Shown here piece by piece: positions 1 through 9,151 of a DNA stretch of 64,000 bases; positions within the stretch are counted from its first letter, which is position 1, and each line of letters starts with the position of its first letter. A program made the position numbers and the translations under genes. This DNA is from an uncultured Candidatus Saccharibacteria bacterium (GTDB lineage Bacteria; Patescibacteriota; Saccharimonadia; Saccharimonadales; Saccharimonadaceae). The notes under the pieces are model-generated. The model ran no database searches. It was given only the letters and a program-made list of their open reading frames with translations, and had not been told where the DNA came from. The DNA is taken from contig CANBER010000001.1 of assembly GCA_947367795.1 (NCBI GenBank), forward strand, positions 1,498 through 65,497, in the 5' to 3' direction.

Positions 1-5
1 TCGTA

Positions 6-46
6 GCGTGCTCTGTTATCTCGGTAATAACAGCACGCCTCTTTTT
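6..46. terminator. hairpin followed by T-run (possible terminator/RNA stem)
   Basis: gcgtgctctgttat-ctcggta-ataacagcacgc imperfect stem followed by ctcttttt. Confidence 0.4.
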
Positions 47-90
47 GCGTCGCAACAGCCGCCAAGTTCTTCAGTAGCGTAGGCGCAGTC

Positions 91-118
91 AAAGTCCGGC
101 CCAAGGGTCGGACTTTTT
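91..118. terminator. intrinsic terminator downstream of khpA
   Basis: aaagtccggccc-aa-gggtcggacttt stem with A/T tails, just past the khpA stop. Confidence 0.7.
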
Positions 119-135
119 AATCTGGAGTCTAAGAT

Positions 136-552
136 CTAGATCTCAAGATCATCGAGATCAGCAAGCTCAGCGCGGGTCTTTTCAGCTAGCTCGGTTTCGC
201 CGCCGTCCATCGGGGCTGCGCCTTCGAGCTCGTCATCGTGGAGCTCACCGACGGCTTCAGCATCGGCACGAGTTTCGCCTGATGGATGGCTATAGTTGCC
301 GTCTTCATCGGTGTTTACAACTTTGAGGTTGTAACGAGCGCCGTTTTTGGTACCCAAGACTCGGAGGAGAGTACGAATGCTCTGGGCAGTCGCACCACGT
401 TTGCCGATGACGCGGCCGACATCTTCAGGGTCGACGCTGAGAGAAAGCAGGACGCCACGTTCGTCGATCTCGCGGTCCACGACGACTTTGTCTGGATTGT
501 TGACGAGGGTCTTTACGATATATTCTACAAATTGTTGGTCAATGGTTGCCAT
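136..552 (-). CDS. khpA: KH-domain RNA-binding protein KhpA
   Basis: VDPEDVGRVIGKRGATAQSIRTLL (GxxG KH motif); usual neighbour of rpsP. Confidence 0.9.
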   Translation of the reverse strand: MATIDQQFVEYIVKTLVNNPDKVVVDREIDERGVLLSLSVDPEDVGRVIGKRGATAQSIRTLLRVLGTKNGARYNLKVVNTDEDGNYSHPSGETRADAEAVGELHDDELEGAAPMDGGETELAEKTRAELADLDDLEI

Positions 553-692
553 AAGGTCTCCGATTTATTAATGCTATGGTTTTATTATACCACAAGAAGA
601 AAAAATGCAATAATTATTGTGGCAATTTTCATTTGAGATTTGGTGGAGTTTGTGTTATGATAACAGGAGTACTTTAGAAAGTAGGTGAAGGA

Positions 693-1376
693 ATGGGAAG
701 TTGGCTAGAGCAAAGACAGCCCCAAGAGCTAAAAGCAATGCTGGATCAGGAAAATTTCAATATCCATCAGATTGAGGAAGCGACTGGTTTGAAGTTAGCA
801 CATTTCGTACTGGAAGAACAGGGCTTCCGCGCGAAGAGACTTGATCGAGTCGTGGAAATAAGCCCCAATGCAACGAGTGCAGACTGGCAGCTCTATAGCT
901 ATGAAGATGTAGCGGATCGTTGGTCTTATAGCCATTCTATGTTGCAGGAGGCAATACGAGAACTGTCTGCGGCTTATGCGGCGCGACAAAAATTTCTGGA
1001 GCGAGTTGATATGGCGTGGCGACATATGCGCTATAGAGATGATGGCCTCATGATGCATTTTGGATTCTATCGAGCGTTTGTCCGTATAAAATTAGAATTT
1101 CTAATTAAATGCCATATCGAGCTAGAAGAACCGAGCTTTTTCGATGGCTACATCTTGAATTTTTTGCCATCAGGAGAAGTCCAGCTGGGTTTTGCTTGGA
1201 CGGAAGCGGCGATGCCGATCCTGGAGAATAAGCTGGCGTTTTTGGACTGGAAGATGGAGCAATACCGCAAAAATGATCTGCGCAAAGAGCGATTCCGGCA
1301 ACTTCAGGCAGCAAAAATGCAGTTTTTGGCCTGGGAAAAAGCAACCTTTACCACCCTGGATATCCCCTCAGACTGA
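693..1376 (+). CDS. hypothetical protein (ORFan, 227 aa)
   Basis: long ORF; TTGAGA-17-TATGAT at 633-661 upstream; no family recognised. Confidence 0.75.
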   Translation: MGSWLEQRQPQELKAMLDQENFNIHQIEEATGLKLAHFVLEEQGFRAKRLDRVVEISPNATSADWQLYSYEDVADRWSYSHSMLQEAIRELSAAYAARQKFLERVDMAWRHMRYRDDGLMMHFGFYRAFVRIKLEFLIKCHIELEEPSFFDGYILNFLPSGEVQLGFAWTEAAMPILENKLAFLDWKMEQYRKNDLRKERFRQLQAAKMQFLAWEKATFTTLDIPSD

Positions 1377-1383
1377 GGGGATA

Positions 1384-1424
1384 TTGACTTTTATCGTATG
1401 GTGTGATATAATGGAGGTATGGGG
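1384..1424 (+). promoter_or_regulatory. signature sigma70 promoter copy
   Basis: TTGACT-17-TATAAT then GGAGGTATGGGG. Confidence 0.8.
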
Positions 1425-1469
1425 GTCTTTTTTATGAAGGCCTACTACCTTAAAAGGAGAGTGATAGAG

Positions 1470-2318
1470 ATGATAAACGGATACTCTTTGATTTTCCCGG
1501 AGCCGCTGGTAGCGTGCGATGGAACAGAGTACTACTCCTGTCGAGCACCGGATGGAGAATTCACGCTACTGGTGTCCTGTAAGGATCGGCAGCATTACAA
1601 GAATTTGGCGCGCAAACTCAAGAAATTGGGTAAGCGAGAAAGGTCGTTGTGTCGTTTTAGCTGTGCATCGGATTCAGATGAGACTACGAAAGCGACTTGT
1701 CCGAGGAGACAGGAATGCACCAATGTACGGCTAATTCCCTACTTGACGCAGCTAGACGAGGAGCACGGTCAGCTAAGACTGCGGTGCTATAATTTAGCGC
1801 AAATGGTGAAATTGGATCAGATAATGAAAAAATTTTATCTAGATCTGCCGACAGCTTATCGGGTGATTTTTCACCTAGCGACGCTGGTGGAGCGGTTGAT
1901 TTTGATGCAAGTCAGTGTGCCGACTGAGGCTGAGAACTTGGTCCTAGACCGCGAAACTGCGCATGTGACGCTACTCGATTGGTCAAAAGCTGTGAGGTAT
2001 GATACTCTGCCGTTTTGCGAACAGCAGAGATATTATCGGAGTCTTTATGATCTCGCGCGAGAATTGACTGGAGCGAGTTATGAAGACGGACAGTGGACGA
2101 CAGCGGTGCCGTGTGATGAAACGCGCCTGCTTAAGGTGTTTACATTGCTGAGCAAGCTCGATCCAGCCGATGATCAAGAGTTTGATTCTATGGATGCAGC
2201 GATCGACCAGATGAAGAAAGTGAGCGCCCAACAACATGAGCTACTGGATAAAATGAACATTCTGGCTGGTAGCCAAATGAAAGCTCGGAAACCATATCAA
2301 CTGAAGCACAAAAACTAG
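1470..2318 (+). CDS. hypothetical protein, possibly degenerate kinase-like fold
   Basis: start moved to ATG 1470 after AAAGGAG; EAENLVLD...TLLDW loosely resembles kinase PENILL...LIDFG but there is no HRD. Confidence 0.7.
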   Translation: MINGYSLIFPEPLVACDGTEYYSCRAPDGEFTLLVSCKDRQHYKNLARKLKKLGKRERSLCRFSCASDSDETTKATCPRRQECTNVRLIPYLTQLDEEHGQLRLRCYNLAQMVKLDQIMKKFYLDLPTAYRVIFHLATLVERLILMQVSVPTEAENLVLDRETAHVTLLDWSKAVRYDTLPFCEQQRYYRSLYDLARELTGASYEDGQWTTAVPCDETRLLKVFTLLSKLDPADDQEFDSMDAAIDQMKKVSAQQHELLDKMNILAGSQMKARKPYQLKHKN

Positions 2319-2330
2319 GAGGGGAAAGTT

Positions 2331-3614
2331 TTGGAAGAATTAAGAAAAATATTTTTGGATGCCAATGTACCACAGGAGCAGATAGATGGAATCATTGCCG
2401 GTTTGGAACTGAGCAACGTAGATGATCTGAGATTCTATATTGAATCGAAAGACTTTACCGAGGTGGGGGCAGGCAAGTTGGCTTCGAAAAAGTTGGCAGA
2501 GGCCGCAAAAGCAATTAAGGCTGACTTCGAGATGCGGGAAATCAAAGCAAAAGAAATCGAAACGGCTGAAATGGATGCTAATGCGGATCTTAATCTGCTG
2601 GTAGAAGATATCAAAGAGGATGTCTGGCTGGAGAGTCTGCGGCAGACTGGCTTGATCAGATTCGAGGCAGAGACCTATATTGCTGGGATCAAGGCGATGC
2701 TGGCTGGTAATTTGGGCGTGTTCGGCGCTATTGAAAAGCTGGCAAATATGATTAAGGATTATTCCGTGAAAAATGCTCTGCCGTGCCCGAAGTCATATTA
2801 TGCACTGCTTGATGTGATCGCACAGCGACAGTATGGGGCGGCATTTGCGGCTCTGACCAGAGACGAGTATGACGGTATACCGATCTATGCGACAATGGAG
2901 GATATGCTGGATCTGATAAGACAGATCCAGAGTGATTTGGTCCCGCATATTATTAATGTGGCTGAAAAGCTCAATTGTTGGTATTCTGACTTGACCGCTC
3001 AGAAAACCTCAGATTTCTTTGTAGAGAAGACAATTGGAGGATCGATCCAGCGTCAGTATGAGTCATATCCGAGTCCGGCCGCGATTTATGATGCAGCTTT
3101 GGAGCTGAGGACCAGTATTAACCGTACGTTTGCAGGAAATGGGGTCCAGAAGGCTATGGCGATCTTTGGCGAATATTCAACCTTCGTCAAGACGATCAAT
3201 GATCCAGACCTGCCGAAAGCGGTGGGGATGGTCGACCGGGATGCAATACTAACGGCCTTAGGATTAAATGCCAATGCGGCTGCGGTGCGTTCCGAATCGC
3301 AGATTGTGAAGTTTGTGCTGAGCACGCTGGACGCCCGGAAGCTGGCGGCAGTGAGTGAATTGCAGTTCTTCCGCGAGCTGTACGCACTGATGATGCAAAT
3401 CGACTGGTCAGCTTTGACTGGTAGACAGGAGGATGCTAATCTTTTTAGTCGTCAGAGTTCCCCTATAGGGTCCATGATAACTGGACCGGCAATGAACTCA
3501 GGCTTAGCAGCACCCGAGCGCCCGCAGATCGGCACGCAGTCCAATCAGTTCCAGGACGGCGGCCTCCGGCAGCTGGACGGTACGCGCGTTGAGCTGCGGG
3601 AGGAGAGAATATGA
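2331..3614 (+). CDS. hypothetical protein (427 aa, helical)
   Basis: TTG start after AGGAGG; long ORF; co-oriented with 1470-2318. Confidence 0.8.
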   Translation: MEELRKIFLDANVPQEQIDGIIAGLELSNVDDLRFYIESKDFTEVGAGKLASKKLAEAAKAIKADFEMREIKAKEIETAEMDANADLNLLVEDIKEDVWLESLRQTGLIRFEAETYIAGIKAMLAGNLGVFGAIEKLANMIKDYSVKNALPCPKSYYALLDVIAQRQYGAAFAALTRDEYDGIPIYATMEDMLDLIRQIQSDLVPHIINVAEKLNCWYSDLTAQKTSDFFVEKTIGGSIQRQYESYPSPAAIYDAALELRTSINRTFAGNGVQKAMAIFGEYSTFVKTINDPDLPKAVGMVDRDAILTALGLNANAAAVRSESQIVKFVLSTLDARKLAAVSELQFFRELYALMMQIDWSALTGRQEDANLFSRQSSPIGSMITGPAMNSGLAAPERPQIGTQSNQFQDGGLRQLDGTRVELREERI

Positions 3615-3796
3615 GAATTTTGATTGAAACGCAGACAGATCTGGAATTTTGGAGTGCTTACGCGCGAATGGGTCGAATTCTGGACAAAAATGAGCGGCGC
3701 GCAAGAGAGGCGCGCGAAGCTCAAGAATGTCGAAGGCAGAAATTCTGGGACGATATGCGCGCCGATTATCTACATTCTCGTGGTCACTCTTTTTAG
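3611..3796 (+). CDS. small hypothetical protein
   Basis: ATGA overlap with the upstream stop; ends just before a terminator. Confidence 0.6.
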   Translation: MRILIETQTDLEFWSAYARMGRILDKNERRAREAREAQECRRQKFWDDMRADYLHSRGHSF

Positions 3797-3797
3797 C

Positions 3798-3823
3798 AAA
3801 AATGCCCCGCAAGGGGCATTTCT
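3798..3823. terminator. bidirectional terminator
   Basis: aaaaatgccccgcaaggggcattt between convergent genes. Confidence 0.8.
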
Positions 3824-3840
3824 TTTCTACTATAGTGGCG

Positions 3841-4209
3841 TTATTCGGCGGCTGGCGCTTCCTCTGTGGTCGACTCTTCTACGGCCGGCTCGTCTTTGGG
3901 CTGGTTTTTGCGCAGCTTGTCGGCGTGCTTGGCCTCAGCATGTTTCTTAGGAGCTTCCTTGTACCATTTAGGCAGAGTGATTCCCTCTTTTTTGAGCACG
4001 AAAGCTACTCGGCTAGACGGCTGAGCACCGTGCGAGAGATAAAACTCGATTTTTTCTTTGTCGAGAACCGTTTTCTTGGTTTCTGGGTTGTAATTGCCGA
4101 CCTCGGCTACAACACGACCCGAAAGCGGGTGGCGCTGTGATTCCTGGACGACTATCCGGTACACTGGAGCGTGAACACGGCCATTACGTTGCATGCGAAT
4201 CGCTAGCAT
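3841..4209 (-). CDS. rpsP: 30S ribosomal protein S16
   Basis: MLAIRMQRNGRVHAPVYRIVVQESQRHPLSGRVVAEVGNYNP. Confidence 0.97.
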   Translation of the reverse strand: MLAIRMQRNGRVHAPVYRIVVQESQRHPLSGRVVAEVGNYNPETKKTVLDKEKIEFYLSHGAQPSSRVAFVLKKEGITLPKWYKEAPKKHAEAKHADKLRKNQPKDEPAVEESTTEEAPAAE

Positions 4210-4270
4210 ATTTCTCCTTAGGTTATTTGTCCTATTTTACCACAGAGACGGGAGGATGTAAAGAGAGACT

Positions 4271-5008
4271 TTAAGCCGATTTGGCAGATTTGGATTTTTG
4301 CTGGAATTTGAGATAGCCCTTGACGCCTTCGGCAGCGGCATTGCCTTCAGCTTCTTGTTTGGAGTGACCAACACCGGTACCTTTGAGCTGCTTACCGACA
4401 TAGACACCGATGGTGAAAGTTTTGTCGTGATCAGGGCCTTCTTCGTCTAGGACTTTGTAAACTGGCGTAGAGCCATCGGCGTGTTGGGCTAGCTCTTGGA
4501 GATAGGATTTGGGATCGCGCCAGCTACCATCAGCCAGAATTTTATCAATTTTGACTAAAATGTGTTTAGCAATAAAATCGCGCGCGGTATCATAGCCCTG
4601 ATCGAGATAAATTGCGCCAATGACCGCTTCAAAACAATCGGCCAAAATTACAGCATGAGCACGACTGGAGCCGTGTTTTTCGCCTTTGGATAGGCGTACT
4701 AGGGGCTCATAACCCAACTCTTCGCCGGCCGCTCCGATGCTCTCAGTGCGGACCAAGGCGGAACGCCAGGCCGTCATAATACCTTCCGGCTCATTATAAT
4801 TGCGATAGAGAAAATCTGATGAGACGAGCTCAAGCACGGCGTCACCAAGAAATTCGAGACGTTCGTTGTGATCCTTGACCGTGGTTTTATGCTCGTTGAC
4901 GTAGCTGCGATGGGTCAAGGCCGTAATCAGCAGATCAATATCTTGAAACTCGAAACCGAGTTTCTCTCGTGCAAAATTTTGATATTCTTCGACTTGTGTT
5001 TGATTCAT
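4271..5008 (-). CDS. rnc: ribonuclease III
   Basis: HNERLEFLGDAVLEL signature, C-terminal dsRBD; start moved to ATG 5008 after GGGAGG. Confidence 0.97.
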   Translation of the reverse strand: MNQTQVEEYQNFAREKLGFEFQDIDLLITALTHRSYVNEHKTTVKDHNERLEFLGDAVLELVSSDFLYRNYNEPEGIMTAWRSALVRTESIGAAGEELGYEPLVRLSKGEKHGSSRAHAVILADCFEAVIGAIYLDQGYDTARDFIAKHILVKIDKILADGSWRDPKSYLQELAQHADGSTPVYKVLDEEGPDHDKTFTIGVYVGKQLKGTGVGHSKQEAEGNAAAEGVKGYLKFQQKSKSAKSA

Positions 5009-5027
5009 ATAGTGCCTCCCACTATTA

Positions 5028-5771
5028 TTATATACCTTGTCGGATTTTATTTTTGGCAAGTAGCATAAGTTTTTCGATATCTTCGTATTCGATTGCGGCC
5101 AGCGCTTCATTGAACCTAAACCACTTGATACCTTTCATCCATTCTTCTTTGGTAGGGATTTCAGCGTTGTCGAGAGCGCGGACTAGATAGATCTCGGTCG
5201 TCATAAGTACCAACTTGTCGATGCGGCGATATTGAAAATGGATTTTGCCCAGCCAGGTTAAGACTTTGATGTGGAAGAGGCCAGCTTCTTCGCCAATTTC
5301 CCGAATGGCGGTTTGCTTCGCGGTCTCGCCCGGCTCGATGTGGCCTTTGGGGATGGTCCACCGCCCCTTAGAGTCCTGGATTAGGAGAATATCGATATCC
5401 TTGCCATCACGACTGTTACGAAAGACGATACCCCCGGCAGTCGGCTCACGCACGACTTCTTGGATGGCGGGCTTTTTGAAAACTCGCGCCGTGAAACGAG
5501 ATAGGCTATTAGTACGTTCACGTTCGGATTTGAGTGGTAAAGCTTCAGGGACTTTACGGCCAGCTGGAGTAGGCGTCGACGCACGAGTCTTTCTTGATTC
5601 CTTGTCTGTCTGTGACCCGGATTTAGGCGCCGACAGATGGCTCGGGGGATGCTGCGGGGTCTTTGGACGAGTCTTGGGCGGGCGCCGACTCGGACGCGGC
5701 GGGGTCGACTGGTGCGACGGGGTCAGTAGCTCCAATGACTGGCGCTTCATGCGCTTGTGTTTTTTCTTCAT
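5028..5771 (-). CDS. NUDIX hydrolase (start uncertain)
   Basis: Nudix box GHIEPGETAKQTAIREIGEEAGL; nearest ATGs lie inside nusB. Confidence 0.85.
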   Translation of the reverse strand: MKKKHKRMKRQSLELLTPSHQSTPPRPSRRPPKTRPKTPQHPPSHLSAPKSGSQTDKESRKTRASTPTPAGRKVPEALPLKSERERTNSLSRFTARVFKKPAIQEVVREPTAGGIVFRNSRDGKDIDILLIQDSKGRWTIPKGHIEPGETAKQTAIREIGEEAGLFHIKVLTWLGKIHFQYRRIDKLVLMTTEIYLVRALDNAEIPTKEEWMKGIKWFRFNEALAAIEYEDIEKLMLLAKNKIRQGI

Positions 5772-6228
5772 GATGTTTCTCCTCAGGAGATTTTGGTACA
5801 TTATAAATCTGACGATAAGCCGTCCCGAGCACACCATTGATGAATTTGGACGAATTATCAGAACCAAAGGCCTTAGCTAGCTCAACGGCCTCATTGATCG
5901 CAACTTTAGGCGGGACAGTCTCGGCAGATGATTCGAGCTCATAGAGGCCCATGCGTAGGACATTGCGATCAATTGCCGCAATCGTACTGAGTGGCCACTC
6001 GGGAGCCATCGGCTGAAGTTTCTCGTCCAGAGGCGCGAAACGCTCCGACACGGCTCGAGCTAGACCGTAGACAAATTCAGTATCACCAAGGGCTTTGGCA
6101 TAGGGTTCGATATTTTTGGCCACAATCGTGTCAATTTCGGCGGTGGGGTCTCCAGCTTTGTTACGAAATTCATATTCGTACAAACTCTGTAAAACAATTA
6201 TTCTGCCTAAGTGCCGATTGCTAGCCAT
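5623..6228 (-). CDS. nusB: transcription antitermination factor NusB
   Basis: IDRNVLRMGLYEL...VAINEAVELAKAFGSDNSSKFINGVLG. Confidence 0.96.
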   Translation of the reverse strand: MASNRHLGRIIVLQSLYEYEFRNKAGDPTAEIDTIVAKNIEPYAKALGDTEFVYGLARAVSERFAPLDEKLQPMAPEWPLSTIAAIDRNVLRMGLYELESSAETVPPKVAINEAVELAKAFGSDNSSKFINGVLGTAYRQIYNVPKSPEEKHHEEKTQAHEAPVIGATDPVAPVDPAASESAPAQDSSKDPAASPEPSVGA

Positions 6229-6240
6229 ATACCTTCCCTT

Positions 6241-6495
6241 TTATTTAGATTTTTTAGTGATTTTTGTGGTTGTAGTTTGCTTAGTAGATTTGGACTTCGC
6301 TGCTGCTCTTTTGGCTTTGACCGTGGTGGTCGAGGCGGGTTTAGCAGTTTTGACTTTGAGATTTGGGGTCTTTTTGGCGGTCTCAAAAGCCTTGACTGGA
6401 GAAGTGCGATTGACAGCACGGGCCAATTTCAGGCGGAGATGGCTCCGGCGAAGACCAGTCTTGCGCGGGCTACTCTGTTTTTTAGGTTCAGGCAT
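6241..6495 (-). CDS. rpmF: 50S ribosomal protein L32
   Basis: MPEPKKQSSPRKTGLRRSH; Lys-rich tail; position before nusB. Confidence 0.88.
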   Translation of the reverse strand: MPEPKKQSSPRKTGLRRSHLRLKLARAVNRTSPVKAFETAKKTPNLKVKTAKPASTTTVKAKRAAAKSKSTKQTTTTKITKKSK

Positions 6496-6597
6496 AATGC
6501 TCCTTAAAATAATAAAAAATTCTTGTTTCATTTTACCACAGATCGGTGGCCTTGTCTAGAGTTTCAGGCGGATTTTGGAGAATTTGCGCATTTCCTA

Positions 6598-6632
6598 TTG
6601 ACTTTTTAGCCTAAGTGTGCTATAATGGAAGA
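6598..6632 (+). promoter_or_regulatory. signature sigma70 promoter copy
   Basis: TATTGACTTTTTAGCCTAAGTGTGCTATAATGGAAG. Confidence 0.8.
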
Positions 6633-6697
6633 TGAGACTGGTTTCACACTAACTGGGGTGGACTGGGATAGAAAATTATTAAAAGGAGGGGATAGAG

Positions 6698-7393
6698 TTG
6701 AAGAATATCCTAAGAAACTTGCAGGGACGCGTCCTGATTGAGATTTTTGCCTTGAGCATCGCATGCTTAGTGGTTTTGCCGGTTTGGTTGCCGGTGCTCG
6801 TAGGCATAGCCGATACCGGTGTAAACGTGCTGGAAGAGGAACTAAGCAAAACCGCCATACCCGAAAGGCCGGAGTTATTTAAGGCGCCTCCACCGGAGCT
6901 TGAGATGGAAGCCATGAAGCCCTTATTGACCTTCGCGGAACGCGGCGACATGGATCGAGAAGCGAGTTTCTGTATCGTGGATGTGGCAACCGGCAAATCT
7001 TGGTGTAAGCAGATCGAAATTTCGCCGTATCGCGATATCGTGATGAGCCTGGATTTGTCATCATTGACTGACGAAGCGAAAGTGAAGATTCGGCTACCAA
7101 AGAAAGCCGCGCTAAATCAGCCCGGAACGGCGACTTGCACCATCGAGACTGCAACAGAAACTATCTCGGGCGAGATCCAGATCTTGGGACTTGAACCGGT
7201 CGATCTGAAGCCTGGGATTCTGGACGCAGGGCTGGCGATTGTCGCAAGTAGCGATGAAGGCTTGAACAATGCGGAAATTCCCTGGGAGGATGAAGGTGAG
7301 ACGATCGTATTGAAGTATACCTACGTACCGACGGAGGATTCCAGGTTTACCTCAATCTATTCACATCTCGAGGTAAGGAGAACGTTCGATTGA
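6698..7393 (+). CDS. hypothetical membrane-anchored protein (ORFan)
   Basis: TTG after AAGGAGG; N-terminal hydrophobic segment. Confidence 0.75.
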   Translation: MKNILRNLQGRVLIEIFALSIACLVVLPVWLPVLVGIADTGVNVLEEELSKTAIPERPELFKAPPPELEMEAMKPLLTFAERGDMDREASFCIVDVATGKSWCKQIEISPYRDIVMSLDLSSLTDEAKVKIRLPKKAALNQPGTATCTIETATETISGEIQILGLEPVDLKPGILDAGLAIVASSDEGLNNAEIPWEDEGETIVLKYTYVPTEDSRFTSIYSHLEVRRTFD

Positions 7394-7416
7394 GCACTCA
7401 AAAAGGAGGTGATAAG

Positions 7417-7728
7417 GTGCAGGAAACCTTACAGGATGTCGAAGAGTGGCATTTTGATGATGGCACTGGAAAAGCCGACATTAGTGGTAAAAGGCCACGC
7501 CCACAGGTCAGAGAAGGTGACTATACCAGATTTGGACTGTGTGATGATGTGGGCAACCAGATGATGTTGGCAGTGCAAGTGACGACTGTACTGACGTCTG
7601 CGAGCGGATACCACTTGATCGGGCGTGCGAGATATCGTGGCCTGGAATGTCGCGTGGAAGCCGTCGTCAACACGAGTTATCCCCAGCTTGACGGCGTAAA
7701 ACTGATGGTGGGACAGCGTGCGCTGTAA
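7417..7728 (+). CDS. hypothetical protein (ORFan)
   Basis: GTG 7417 after AAGGAGGT (alternative TTG 7390); ends at a terminator. Confidence 0.65.
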   Translation: MQETLQDVEEWHFDDGTGKADISGKRPRPQVREGDYTRFGLCDDVGNQMMLAVQVTTVLTSASGYHLIGRARYRGLECRVEAVVNTSYPQLDGVKLMVGQRAL

Positions 7729-7729
7729 C

Positions 7730-7752
7730 GGCCCCCTTATGGGGGTCTTTTT
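7730..7752. terminator. terminator between convergent genes
   Basis: ggccccc-ttat-gggggtc-ttttt. Confidence 0.7.
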
Positions 7753-8878
7753 AATGGGCTGGGCGCTGTTCGAGCGCACGGGCAACGTTAATGTAGGTAT
7801 CTGGCGCCGGGTCACTAGCCGGCGCCAGTCTCAGCCCCTGAGACTCCACTACGGCATCGCCACGTTCATCGGTGTAGTGGTCGGGAATACGCAGGAGGAT
7901 CCGACCGGCGTCGTAGTCCTGACGCATTTCACGGATTTCGCGCATGAGCTCACGCGAGCGTTGACCAGGTTCGAGCCGAAGATTATTAAATGCACTAAGT
8001 ACAATTGATCCATAATACTGTGCATGTGTTTTGCGGTTGGGCTGAGACTCATAACGATCTTTATAAAACTTTGGATCGAGTTCTCCAATTCCCCGCCCGT
8101 ACGAAGATTTAGAGTTATACCAGACCGGCACACTGAGAATTTGATCCTCCCCATTATGCGATTTGGACTGGCTTTTCCAAAAATAGGCACCGCGCACGCT
8201 GGCGGCTTCGGGGATGGCACGACGTACGAGATCGATCGCAATATTAAGGGTGGCGCCTGAGCGTCCAACTTCGTCAATCACCATAATATTTTTGCCATCG
8301 AGAGAGGAGGCAGTCTGCATGATTTTATCTGGGTCTTCATCTTCAATCCATTCAGGCAAATATAACCCACGAATGCGAGCAAAGTCCGACTCGGGAAGAT
8401 TTTCGGGGCGAAAGTCAGTATAGGTGGCGACTTTAGGACTGCCATCGGGAGACACAGTATAGCCGTTCACATCCACCGGAACACCGCTACGCTGAAACCA
8501 AGTCAGGCGGTCGATGCTAAGATAAGAGTGCTGGGGGCGTTTCTGATCAGAAAAATCGTCCCAAAACGTATTAACGAGCCAGCTCACCGGGCGCGCTGAC
8601 TTGTCCAAGTAAATGATATGATCTGGCGGGGCTAACTCTGGATTTTGAAGATATTCTTTGGACGTGCCATCGAAGCGACAGATCAGATCGGCGGTCTGGG
8701 TGGCAAAAGTGCTCAAAGTGCGGTCAATATTCCAGCGGTGGAAAGTATTATTGCCCCAACGCGAATCGAGTTCAATTTGCTCACCAAAAATAGGGTAGTT
8801 TGCCGGATCCACACGAAACCGATCTGCGGGACGCTCGGCGGCAGACTCAAGATTGGCACTGCGAAGTTTTTCTGACAT
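7751..8878 (-). CDS. hypothetical protein with phosphoribosyltransferase-like motif
   Basis: KNIMVIDEVGRSGATL resembles the type I PRTase PRPP-binding loop. Confidence 0.75.
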   Translation of the reverse strand: MSEKLRSANLESAAERPADRFRVDPANYPIFGEQIELDSRWGNNTFHRWNIDRTLSTFATQTADLICRFDGTSKEYLQNPELAPPDHIIYLDKSARPVSWLVNTFWDDFSDQKRPQHSYLSIDRLTWFQRSGVPVDVNGYTVSPDGSPKVATYTDFRPENLPESDFARIRGLYLPEWIEDEDPDKIMQTASSLDGKNIMVIDEVGRSGATLNIAIDLVRRAIPEAASVRGAYFWKSQSKSHNGEDQILSVPVWYNSKSSYGRGIGELDPKFYKDRYESQPNRKTHAQYYGSIVLSAFNNLRLEPGQRSRELMREIREMRQDYDAGRILLRIPDHYTDERGDAVVESQGLRLAPASDPAPDTYINVARALEQRPAH

Positions 8879-9151
8879 GATGTTTTAAGTTTAAGCGGTA
8901 TACGAGTAATTGTCAAGCTTAGGGATATTATAACTTATCCCTCCTATTGACACATTCACGGATATGTGATGTTATTTAATGGATTCGTAGATCTTGCGGA
9001 TAGTCTTCCTCAAACAAAAGGAGGCGGAAAAATGAGGAACGTCAAAAAATCTGAAAACCGCTTTAACTTGCGCAACGTAATCCAGGATTCAGTATTGTTT
9101 GCCAGTGTTTTCCTATTTCTCGGCTTACTCCCAGCTTGTATGACTTGCTTT

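Noticed and set aside
7846-7854. CCACTACGG match to the cassette 5' arm
   Set aside because: Only 9 nt, inside a CDS, with no partner arm.
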